A stretch of 64,000 nucleotides of DNA from an uncultured Chloroflexia bacterium (GTDB lineage: Bacteria > Chloroflexota > Anaerolineae > CG2-30-64-16), in the NCBI GenBank assembly GCA_963774265.1, contig CAVZDU010000007.1:504683-568682 (forward strand), written 5' to 3'. Positions 1 to 9,225 of this stretch are shown here, piece after piece. The notes below the pieces were generated by a model, which did not search any database, was not told where the DNA came from, and was given only the letters and a program-made list of their open reading frames with translations. The stretch's first letter is position 1, and each line of letters begins with the position of its first letter. A program made the position numbers and the translations under genes.

Positions 1-1104
1 GCCCTCCCACGAGAACCGCCGCACGAATTCGGGGATGGATTGCATCGCCTCGATGGTCTGGTCGAGCTTCCCGGTCGGAGACAGGCTGTTGCCCCACCAG
101 TTTTGGGCCGCGAAAGTCCACGACCCTGCGATCCAGGACGTGATGCTGAACAGATAGTCCGGCGTCGGCTCGCCGTTGGAGAGCACCCCCGTCCGCAGCC
201 AGTCATACATCTCCTTGTGGTACTGCGCGTGCAGCGGCCATTCCACCTTAGGGTAGTGCTTGTCTTCGTCGTTGTACAGCCACCAGCCGCCCTCGCCGCC
301 GATGATGGGCAGCACGAAGCCCAGCCTCTCCTGCATCCAGGCCGCGTGCGCCAGGAATTTCAGCGCGCCGATGTGATCCTGCAGGATCGTCATGCCCGGG
401 TGTTCCCCTTGCTTGATTGCGTCATAGGGGTAGGCCGGCGGGTGATTCTGGCCGTAATTATGATGGACAAAGAACGCCCGATCCCAGATGTGCTGCTGCC
501 CGTTCCTGGCCACGGCGTCCACCGCTTCATCGAAACCGAAGCGATCCAGCACCTGAATGCCCACATAGCCGCCCGCGGCGACGATGCTCGGCGCCTCTCT
601 CGCCCATGTCTCACCGAATCGCCGCGCCCAGTCCCCGGGAAGCGCCCCGTCCGTCCACTCGCGCAAATCCTCTGGCTCGTTGTACAGCTGCACGTAGAGC
701 GGTTCGGGTTCGCCGCCCCAGCCCGTGGCTTGCCACGCCCGGCGCAGGCCGTGCACGAACTGCGCCGGGTCAACGGATTCATCGACCTGTCGACCGATGC
801 GTACGACGGGCATTATGCCGGCGGCGAAACAAGCGCGGCCTGCGCGTTCTGTCTGGAGCTCGTCCTGTGCGTAGATCAACGTCCACGTCGCCCGGATCGC
901 TTTCAGGTTCTCCACGGTTTCGGCAATGAAGTGGTCGCGCAGGTCCAGGTGAAAGTGCAGGCCGATGCCATTGTCGCGCGGCGGTCGCGGGTAGCGGCGC
1001 AAACGGTGTACGTTGTCTTCGTCGAGGGCCACGGTGGGCGGTCGAAGAGCGGCCGGCCGTGGAGCGTCCGTATCACGCGGGAGAGGGAGGTGGTTGAGCG
1101 ACAT
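1..1104 (-). CDS. Putative clan GH-A-like TIM-barrel protein, 3' end beyond the window edge
   Basis: Manual translation from ATG at 1104, with GAAAGGAGGA RBS upstream, is open for 368 codons to position 1 (MSLNHLPLP...RYPRPPRDNGIGLH...VQLYNEPED...HHNYG...LPIIGGEGGWW). The NEP motif and a later Glu fit acid/base and nucleophile positions. It is absent from the ORF track because there is no stop in the window. Confidence 0.7.
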   Translation of the reverse strand, partial: MSLNHLPLPRDTDAPRPAALRPPTVALDEDNVHRLRRYPRPPRDNGIGLHFHLDLRDHFIAETVENLKAIRATWTLIYAQDELQTERAGRACFAAGIMPVVRIGRQVDESVDPAQFVHGLRRAWQATGWGGEPEPLYVQLYNEPEDLREWTDGALPGDWARRFGETWAREAPSIVAAGGYVGIQVLDRFGFDEAVDAVARNGQQHIWDRAFFVHHNYGQNHPPAYPYDAIKQGEHPGMTILQDHIGALKFLAHAAWMQERLGFVLPIIGGEGGWWLYNDEDKHYPKVEWPLHAQYHKEMYDWLRTGVLSNGEPTPDYLFSITSWIAGSWTFAAQNWWGNSLSPTGKLDQTIEAMQSIPEFVRRFSWEG

Positions 1105-1195
1105 GGGTCCTCCTTTCGAGAGTGTATCTATTGCTACACTACTTGCATCTGACTCAATGTAGAATCATTGTAACGCAATTGAGCATGAGGAGAGT

Positions 1196-2155
1196 GTGAT
1201 GCAGCCATCGGTTCATGGAATTCACCACGTCACCGCGATTGCCGGTGATCCACAGGAAAACCTTGACTTTTACGTGGGCGTGATGGGGCTTCGGTTGGTC
1301 AAGAAATCGGTCAACCAGGATGTCACCAACACCTACCATCTGTTTTACGCGGACGAAAAGGGCACGCCGGGAACGGATCTGACGTTCTTTCCCTGGCCCG
1401 ACATGGGCCCTGCGCGGCTGGGTGTGGGCTTCACGGTAGAAGTCTCATTCGCCGCGCCGCCCGGCAGCCTGCCATACTGGCGCGACCGCTTGAGCCGTGC
1501 AGGCGTGGATCTGGCCCGGGAGGAGACGCGCTTCGGTGAAACGGTCCTGCCATTCCGCGATCCGCATGGGCTCCCGCTTGCGCTTGTTGCAACGAAGGCG
1601 GAGCGGCCCTTCAGGGTCTGGGAGGAAAGCCCGGTGCCGGTGACCTACCAGGTGCGCGGCATGCACTCGGTTCGCCTCTGGGAGCGCGATCTGGGCGCGA
1701 CCGAGGCGCTGCTCACGCGGGTGATGGGCTTCGAGTCGCGGGGGGCGGAGGACGGCTGGCTGCGTTTTGCCGTGGATGGCGGCGCGCCCGGTGGGCTGAT
1801 CGACATCAAGGCGATGCCCGGTGAGCGACGCGGCCAGTGGGGCACGGGCGGGGTGCATCACGTCGCATGGCGCGTGGCGGACGATGCCGAAGAAATGGCG
1901 TTGCGCGGGAAGATCGAGGCCGTCGGGCTGAGCCCCACGCCTCAGATCGATCGTTTTTGGTTCCGCTCGGTCTACTTCCGCGAGCCCGGCGGCGTGCTCT
2001 TCGAGCTGGCGACCGATGGACCCGGCTTCGCCCACGATGAGGACCAGGCGCACCTGGGCGAGCAGTTGATCCTGCCGCCGTGGCTGGAGGGGCAGCGCGG
2101 AGGGATCGAGCGGTCGCTGCAGCCGCTGACTGCGCCGCGCGTGCTGGTCGCGTAA
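1196..2155 (+). CDS. Ring-cleaving dioxygenase, two-domain VOC/glyoxalase family (MhqA/MhqO/PcpA-like)
   Basis: Motifs GIHHVTAIAG, LVKKSVNQD..YHLFY, GGVHHVAW, DRFWFRSVYFREPGGVLFELATDGPGF. Confidence 0.92.
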   Translation: MMQPSVHGIHHVTAIAGDPQENLDFYVGVMGLRLVKKSVNQDVTNTYHLFYADEKGTPGTDLTFFPWPDMGPARLGVGFTVEVSFAAPPGSLPYWRDRLSRAGVDLAREETRFGETVLPFRDPHGLPLALVATKAERPFRVWEESPVPVTYQVRGMHSVRLWERDLGATEALLTRVMGFESRGAEDGWLRFAVDGGAPGGLIDIKAMPGERRGQWGTGGVHHVAWRVADDAEEMALRGKIEAVGLSPTPQIDRFWFRSVYFREPGGVLFELATDGPGFAHDEDQAHLGEQLILPPWLEGQRGGIERSLQPLTAPRVLVA

Positions 2156-2194
2156 AGGAAGATTGAAGTATGCGCCCTTACGGAGCCTTATCCG

Positions 2195-3247
2195 ATGATT
2201 GACCGCCACGACCTTCTTAGCCGCATGCGTGAAGCGTTGGCCGACCTCTACGACGACCCGAGGAGCGCGAGACGCGTCGTAGATGATGCCGGCCTCGACG
2301 CAGCCCGGATCGAACGCGCCGACCGCGTGGTTAACTTCTGGCACAGCATCCTGCGAGAGGCCGAGCGCCAGGGAAAGATGGATGAGCTGCTGGCGCTGGC
2401 GATCAAGGAGTATCCGGCACGTACCGATCTGGCGGCCCTGCGCGAAGAGTATCGCACCCTGAGCGTAGCCAGGAAGGAACCGCCACCCACGCCGCGCGAG
2501 CCGGAGCCAGCGCAGCCGCGAGCGCAGACGTCGGAGCGCACGCTGCCGCGCACGCCGCCGCGCACGATCGAGCGCGTACCGAAGCCGGCGCCGAGGTTGT
2601 CGTGGCTGTGGCTGGCAGCGGGCCTGGTGATCGTGGCGGTCGTGGTCGTGCTGGCCACCCGTCGCGGCACGCTCAACGCGACGCCCACGAACACAAATGC
2701 GGTGACCGCCCTAGCGACGCGGACACTCGTTCCCGCCGCGGCCCGGCCGGCGACCGATCTTCCGGCGGCCGCCGCCGCTCCATCCGTGGCGCCGGCCGCT
2801 CCATCCCCAGCGTCAACCGCCGCCCCGCAAGCAGGACTTCCGGAGTGCTTCGAGGGGTATTTCGGCGGAGTGACCAGTGCCAGAGTGACCACCCTGGAGC
2901 CAGGAACGAACGATTTTGACCTGACCGGGGTGGACTTGAAAGTGGCGGAGCCGATTGGGTTCATGTTCACCCTGAATGACCAGCCCATTGGAGCGATGAG
3001 ATTCAGATTCGTGAAGGCCAACCAGTTCTTCAGGATTGAGAGTGTTGTCGATTCTCGATGCGAGAAGATCGAGGGTTACCTGAACGCATCCCGGGGCGGG
3101 GACAAGAACGTCCTCCAACAGTGGGATACGTTGCAGCTGACTCTCGACAACCAGGCCTACGCGTTGCAGATGGGTGTATGGGCTCCCGAGGACGCTCCTG
3201 ACAAAGGACTCATCCGAGTAGATTTCGGAGAGCCGGCGCCTCCCTGA
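2195..3247 (+). CDS. EAD1 (effector-associated domain 1) plus Pro-rich linker, one TM helix and an extracellular domain
   Basis: N-terminus LREALADLY..SARRVVDDAGLD..RI..NFWHSILREAERQGKMDELLALAIKEYP fits the EAD1 pattern. TM segment WLWLAAGLVIVAVVVVLA, then an Ala/Pro linker and a C-terminal domain with two Cys. Confidence 0.72.
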   Translation: MIDRHDLLSRMREALADLYDDPRSARRVVDDAGLDAARIERADRVVNFWHSILREAERQGKMDELLALAIKEYPARTDLAALREEYRTLSVARKEPPPTPREPEPAQPRAQTSERTLPRTPPRTIERVPKPAPRLSWLWLAAGLVIVAVVVVLATRRGTLNATPTNTNAVTALATRTLVPAAARPATDLPAAAAAPSVAPAAPSPASTAAPQAGLPECFEGYFGGVTSARVTTLEPGTNDFDLTGVDLKVAEPIGFMFTLNDQPIGAMRFRFVKANQFFRIESVVDSRCEKIEGYLNASRGGDKNVLQQWDTLQLTLDNQAYALQMGVWAPEDAPDKGLIRVDFGEPAPP

Positions 3248-3398
3248 TCGACTGCTGTTTGGCGCGACGGCTGGACCACGTGCGCGCCGGCCACCAGGAC
3301 CCGCGCGCAACCAAGTATGCGGCGCATCTCAGGATACGGCGCTGCAATGTAGAACCGGCATCCAGGCCACAGAGGGCGCCTCTTCATGCTCCAACCGC

Positions 3399-4231
3399 TC
3401 ACTGCGCCGGCGTGATTAGCACGTCGTCCACGTAGCGGATGGAAGCCGCGTTGGGATCGCTGCTCCACATCTCAATCCATGGGCGCAGATTCGTGGCTGC
3501 TTTCAGCGCGGTGGCATCGTTCGGCGTGTGGGTACCGATCAGTGTCCCGTCAACGTAAAAGCGCAGCCCCATCGTGGTAGGGTTGGCCTCGAGGCGCACG
3601 GTCCGCCATGTGTCGTAGTCGACCGGCATCGCTTTGGTGGTGTACTCATCATACCAGGAGTCGCCGGCTTTACTCCTGACACGGCACCGAATAGATGCCT
3701 GCGGTTCGGTTGGATGCCCTACTAGTTGGCAATTGGTGATCCACTCACGTCCGGCAATATCCGGCGAGTAAATGTGGAGGCCGTGGCATCCCATTTCGAA
3801 ACACGGTTCGCGCCTTCGGCGATCCAGTCGCCCGCCTGACCGATGGACAGGAGGAAATCGCCGCTCGATGTGAATTTCATCATACGGTGCCCGGATTGCT
3901 CGGTAATGTAAACGTTACCGGATGAGTCAACCGTGATGCCCCACGGCCGGAACAGGTGATCGTTGTCAGCCAGGTAGGGCACGCGCGTCTCCCCGTACGT
4001 CCGCACGTACCGGTAGCTCAGCCCAGGCTGGCCAAGGTCGACCGCTGCACTTGCGGGTGCGGTCGCAGGCTGCACGAACGGCCCGGCGACCGGATCCCGC
4101 CAGGCCTCGGCAGTGGGAGTGTCATTGGCTTGACCGGGCCGATAATCCGATTCGGGTGGCTGGGCCGATACGGTCAGGAACGAGGCAAGGACGAGCACGA
4201 TGATGAGGATGAACAGCGTGGCAGACTTCAT
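3399..4231 (-). pseudogene. Remnant of a secreted NHL-repeat protein with a C-terminal ConA/laminin-G-like domain, internally deleted
   Basis: Signal peptide MKSATLFILIIVLVLASFLTVSA, about 1.5 NHL repeats (LFRPWGITVDSSGNVYITEQSGHRMMKF), then an abrupt frame switch near 3790 into WRTVRLEANP..RFYVDGTLIGTH..YVDDVLIT. Confidence 0.6.
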
Positions 4232-4544
4232 GTAGCAGATCCCGGAGCTGAGTGGATAACGCACGGGCTAGGCAATGATGAGTCAGCGGTCGGCAGCCAT
4301 TTAGATGACGACGTTTGTGCGAAGAATCACTATTCCGAACGCACTGCGCGCTCTTCACCACCGTCTACTTGGCACGACTAACGCCCTACTCCCACGATCT
4401 CGTCACAGCAAACCGTAGACTGATGCTTTTGTGTGTGCGCCTACCCGCAAGTACCCTGGCAGTCGAACTCAAATGGTGGCGCCGCAGCAAGGGCGGGCGT
4501 GACACGGTGCAACCGCGGCTCGCCCCCCTGGAAACGCCAAAGAA

Positions 4545-5934
4545 CTACTGACCGCCCGGCACCAGTGCGAAGTTGACGACGCCAACCTGATTCGACGGCG
4601 GGTAAGGTATGACGCTGGCGCTGACCGGCAAGACGACATAGAAGTAGCTCGTCCCGGCCGTGCCGAGCGCGTCCGTATCAGGGTAACTCCCTTGGCTACC
4701 GGAATCCGGTGGCAAGGCCTCCCCGCGCTTCTCTGATCCCTCGTCACCGGGCGTGAAGTAGGGATCGCTGCTGCGCCAGACCTCGTAACGCGTCACGTCA
4801 CTGCCCAGGTGTGTCCACGTGAGAAGGGCGATACTGCCGACTCGGCTCACAGCCAGGTCGGACACCGCAGGGGGGACGCTTGCGTCAACCTGACCATCCG
4901 TGATCGTGAGGATTGGCAGCAGACTTGCGAAGGTAGTGGCGGCAGCCATCGCCGAGAAGTCTAGATTGAGCGGACTGGTTCCGGCTGCCTTCACGTCAAA
5001 CGTGATGGTGAGTACGTTCAGGCTGCCCGTGGCGCCGCCTGCATTTGCTCCATTAAAGACGATGTGCCCGTCTGCTACATTACTGGTGTTGACGTTACCG
5101 GTGAAACCGACCCCGATCCCTGTGTTGCTGCTGTAGCTCAACACCGCAGGGTTCCAATCCAGGGTCCCGGTGAAACCCCCCAGTTTGTTATCGGGCGAAT
5201 TGACGCCGGAAACATCGATGTTGATGGTTACCTCAATCTGCTGCCCAATGATCGGGGACGCATTGGACGGCGTTGCCGACGACGTCGCGGTGCCGGTTGC
5301 TGCGGGGACCAGAGATGGTCCAGTCACGGCATCGACACCACTGCCATTACCTGGGAGAGGCAACGCCTCAGCGCGCCCCATCGCAGAGTGGGGCGCGTAG
5401 ATCTCGGATGAGGTCACCGGTCCGTCGGGTGAGCCTCCTCCAGGGGCCAGAACTCTCCCGTCCAGCAGCGATATGCCCAGGGTTGATCTGGGAGTGAGCA
5501 TCGGAGTGTCAGAGGTCCATGTCCCTGACTGAGGGTCGTAGGTCTCCGCTGAGGACAGGTAGCCGCTGCTGTTGCTTCCCCAGCACTTGACCCCGCCCCC
5601 ATCCGTCAACGCGCAGGTGTGGAAGCCTCCGGCCGCGATTTGGGTCGCTTGCACCAGCTCCGAAGCGCCTTCCGCGCTTGGCGCGCCGGCTTGCCGGGCG
5701 GAATCCCCAAGCGGCGGGGGACGGAGGCCTGCTAGGGCAGCAGATTCGTCGAACGTTCTCGATGGATATTACGGGGCCGGAGCGGAAGCTCTGAGTACTG
5801 GTATCCGACGCTACATCGCCGGGCATCACCGAAGCGGCGTCGGTGGACGGCGAAGGCGCGGCGAGCAGTGGCGTCAGGACGACGAACAATGCGGCTAGGG
5901 GAGCCAGCTGACGGGAGAGGGATCGCAAGAACAT
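4545..5934 (-). pseudogene. Secreted protein: partial RCC1 repeat, partial Kelch, cohesin-like domain and C-terminal FN3-like domain; frameshifted and internally deleted
   Basis: Signal peptide from ATG 5934. IAAGGFHTCALTDGGGVKCWGSN (RCC1) is joined directly to LSSAETYDPQSGTWT..DGRVLAPGG (Kelch). Cohesin-like segment LGGFTGTLDWNPAVLSY..VLTITFDVKAAG. Ends SNQVGVVNFALVPGGQ. Confidence 0.65.
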
Positions 5935-6588
5935 GGCGCACCTCCAAGAGCCCACGGCGTGAGGCGGCGCCTCACAGCAACGTGCCGCGGACAGACTGTG
6001 TCATCCCCCAACTCGGATGACTTGGATCAAACAAGCACGACTGCAATCAAGGGTGATTGTACCGCAAGTTCAGTCAAGGCAGCAAGGTGACATCCACTTT
6101 GACGGACAGTCGGCTATCTAAATCACCACCCAGCCACGACTTCGCTAGGTGCCCAGATCAGCGGGCAGACCTTCTGGCACATCAACTTGTCGAGCAGAAT
6201 TCTTGCCGCGAGCTATGGACAAGAAGCGAGCAAGTCGAAAGTGAACCTGGGGAGGTGGGAGAATGTTTTGGGCTGCCCGCCGCAGCGAATACATTGGCCT
6301 GCACGGTGTCGGGGAGCTTGCCAGCCAGGGAGTATCTGAGAAGTCCTTTGCTCTTCCTTCGGCGCAAGTGTTACCCTGCGCACCGAGGTTATGCCAGAAT
6401 AACAGGCCCGGCCATCTGAAATGTCAACGTACAAAATCCGAGGACAAGTGTTGCTGTCTGAGTCCGTGCTTTGCATCACCCCCATGGCCTACTCGTGAGT
6501 CGTGGCGTGAAACAACCCCTGTGGCGACAGTGGTACAACGGCCAAAGAGGTAACCGCGCCTTCCACCATTTCGCCTTGTCGACCAGTT

Positions 6589-6725
6589 GGCCAGGTTGAA
6601 GGCCAGGTGAACCGGCTTAAGTTGATCAAGCGTCAGATGTACGGTCGAGCCAACTTTGATCTGCTGCGCCACCGGGTGCTAGACCCTGGGTAGCACTCGC
6701 ACTTCACGAAAAGTGCGGGAGAGCC
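6589..6725 (+). mobile_element. ISL3-family IS remnant: transposase C-terminus and right end
   Basis: Encodes GQVEGQVNRLKLIKRQMYGRANFDLLRHRVL*, followed by ...CACGAAAAGTGCGGGAGAGCC, whose reverse complement starts GGCTCT as ISL3 ends do. Confidence 0.85.
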
Positions 6726-6890
6726 CATTTTAGCTGGCCTAACGCGGTGGCTTGCGGTTTCAGTTATTCGCGGCGTATAATTTCCGCACATCTGCACCGG
6801 TGCGCGTGGTGCTGCGTCGTGCTTATCTATGACGTTCCTCAGTTCCTGAGGCTTGCCCCCAGGAGAGCCACCCTCGATCCGGAGAATACG

Positions 6891-7402
6891 ATGGCAAAAC
6901 GACTTGCGGTACTCGACAAGGAACGCTGCGTGGGCTGCCAGTCCTGCATGTTCGCCTGCGCCCGCCGGCTCGGGGTCGGCGGCCTGGCCGGGTCCAGCAT
7001 CTGGGTGCGCTCGGCAGGCGGTGTTCGCAAGGGCTTCGTGGTGATCGTCTGCCGCGCCTGTCCCGACCCGCCCTGTGCCCGCGTCTGCCCCACGGATGCG
7101 CTGCCCGCTGCGGCCGGGCGGCGGCGTGCGCTTGAAGCCCGAGCTGTGCATCGGCTGCCACAACTGCGTCGAGGCCTGCCCCTTCGGCGCCGTCCTGTGG
7201 GATGCACGAGCAGAACAAGCCCGCAGATCTGCGTCTACTGCGGCTACTGCGTCCCGTACTGCCCTTACGATGTGCTGGCCATGGAGGAGATGCCTGCGGA
7301 CAGGACCGCGGAATGGGTGACGGCACCGAGACGCGAAGGCGCGAAGTGCAGGGGAAGGAGGCGCCGGGCGCCTCAGAGGGAGGGACGCATGTTGCCCAAT
7401 GA
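6891..7402 (+). CDS. Polyferredoxin (4Fe-4S) small subunit of a tungsten oxidoreductase; frameshifted, 3' end approximate
   Basis: Cys motifs CVGCQSCMFAC, CRACPDPPCARVCP, CIGCHNCVEACP, CVYCGYCVPYCP read across two frameshifts. Confidence 0.85.
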
Positions 7403-9148
7403 CCCGCTTGCGCGCGTGCTGTACATCGACCTCACCCGGCGCTCATTCTCGGTGAAGGAGCGACCCGAGCTGTTCGAGGCCGGGCTGGGCGGGGCAGGCG
7501 TGGGCATCCGGCTGCTGGAAGAAGAGTGCCCGCCGGGCACCGACCCGCTCGGTCCCGGCAACCCGATCATCCTGGCGGTCGGGCCGCTGGTCGGGCTGTA
7601 TCCGCTGGCCTCCAAGACGGTGGCCATGTTCAAGTCGCCGCACACCGGCAACCTGGGCGAGAGCCACGCCGGCGGGCGCAGCGCCGTCGCCATCCGCATG
7701 GCCGGCTACGGCGCCATCGTCATCCGCGGCGCCAGCGCCTCGCCCGGTCTACCTGGTCATCGACGGCGACCACGTCCACTTCCGCGACGCCAGCGCGCTG
7801 TGGGGCATGCACAGCGCCTACACGGTCGGCTCCGTGCTGCGCGAGCGCGAGAACGGCGCGGGCGTGCGCACCATCATGCGCATCGGCCGGGCCGGCGAGA
7901 TGGGCGTCACCTACGCCGCGTCATCACCGAGACCTACCGCCACTTCGGCCGGCTGGGCCTGGGCGCGGTCTTCGGCAGCAAGCAGCTCAAGGCGCTGGTC
8001 ATCGCGGGCGAGCGCTCGCTGCCCGTCGCCGACCGGCGGGCCTACCGGCAGCTCTACGACGAGCTCTTCAAGGCGGCCACCGAATCGCCGCTGATGAAGA
8101 AGTACCACGAGCTGGGCACGGCCATGAACGTGCTGCCGCTGAACGCGATCGGCGCCCTGCCCACCCGCAACCTGCAGCAGGGACACTTCGAGGGCGCGGA
8201 GGCCATCTCCGGGGAGCGCCTGGCCGAAGCAGTACCTGGGCCGGCGCGTCGCCTGCGCCCACTGCCCGGTGGCCTGCATCCACCTGGCGGCCCTGCGCTA
8301 CGCCTACCCCAAGGAGCCCTACTTCTACAAGACCTCCATGATCGGCTACGACCACGAGCCGATCTTCGCCATCGGCAGCCTGCTGGGCGGCGACGATGTC
8401 AACGGGCATGTTCCAGGTGATGGACGAGGCCGAGGTGCAGGGCCTGGACGTGATGAGCACGGGCGTGACGCTGGCCTGGGCCACCGAGGCCTTGCAGCGC
8501 GGGCTGATCTCGACGAAGGAGACCGACGGACTGGCGCTGGCTTGGGGCAATTACCCGGCCTATCTCGAGGCCGCCGGCCGCATCGTCAGCCAGCCCAACG
8601 ACTTCTACCGGGCGCTGGCGCGCGGGCGCCGAACACGCGGCCTCCATCTACGGCGGCGCGGAGTTCGCCCTGACCTTCGGCGGCAACGAGATGCCCGGCT
8701 ACCACACCGGGCCCGGGCTGCCACCTGGGCTATCTGACCGGCGCACGGCACAGCCATCTGGACAGCGCCGGCTACAGCCTGGACCAGAAAGCCGGCGCCA
8801 AGGGCGAGACGCTCACGCCCGACGGCGTGGCCACCGGGCTGCTGAAGGAGGAACGCTGGCGCCAGGTGCTGACCAGCCTGGTGATCTGCCTGTTCGCACG
8901 CGGGATGTATACCTCCTGAGACCGTGCTCAAGGCGCTGGCTACGGCCGGCTTCGAGTGGTCGGCCGAAGACCTCTCCCGGTTCGGCGCGGAGGTGCTGCA
9001 TCGCAAGGACGCCTTCAAGCTGCGCGAGGGCTTCGACCCGGCGGCCCTGCGCATCCCGGGTCGCATCCTGGAGACCCCGACTCCCTTGGGCAAAATCGAT
9101 GAGGAGTTCTTGCGGCGGTCCATTCAGGCCTACGCACAGGCGGTCTAG
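7389..9148 (+). CDS. Aldehyde:ferredoxin oxidoreductase (AOR/WOR family) large subunit, GOR/XOR-like; several frameshifts
   Basis: RVLYIDLT, DPLGPGNPIILAVGPL, KSPHTGNLGESHAGG, AGYGAIVIRG, GRLGLGAVFGSKQLKA, CAHCPVAC, GLDVMSTG, EMPGYH. Confidence 0.88.
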
Positions 9149-9225
9149 CCACAGAGTCCTTTTTTCGTTACAATTGGCCATCGATCGAACGCATTCTTTG
9201 TGGGCACATCGGAGGAGGAACACAG

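Noticed and set aside
40-1152. 370-aa + strand ORF
   Set aside because: Antisense shadow of the minus-strand gene starting at 1104, which has the RBS and protein-like motifs.
6420-6590. Possible group II intron 5' end on the minus strand beside the ISL3 remnant
   Set aside because: No true GUGYG start, no domain V and no reverse transcriptase remnant recognised.
6747-8420. 557-aa ferredoxin-AOR fusion in the ORF track
   Set aside because: Produced by compensating frameshifts; an RBS (GGAGGG) and ATG at 7389 support two genes.
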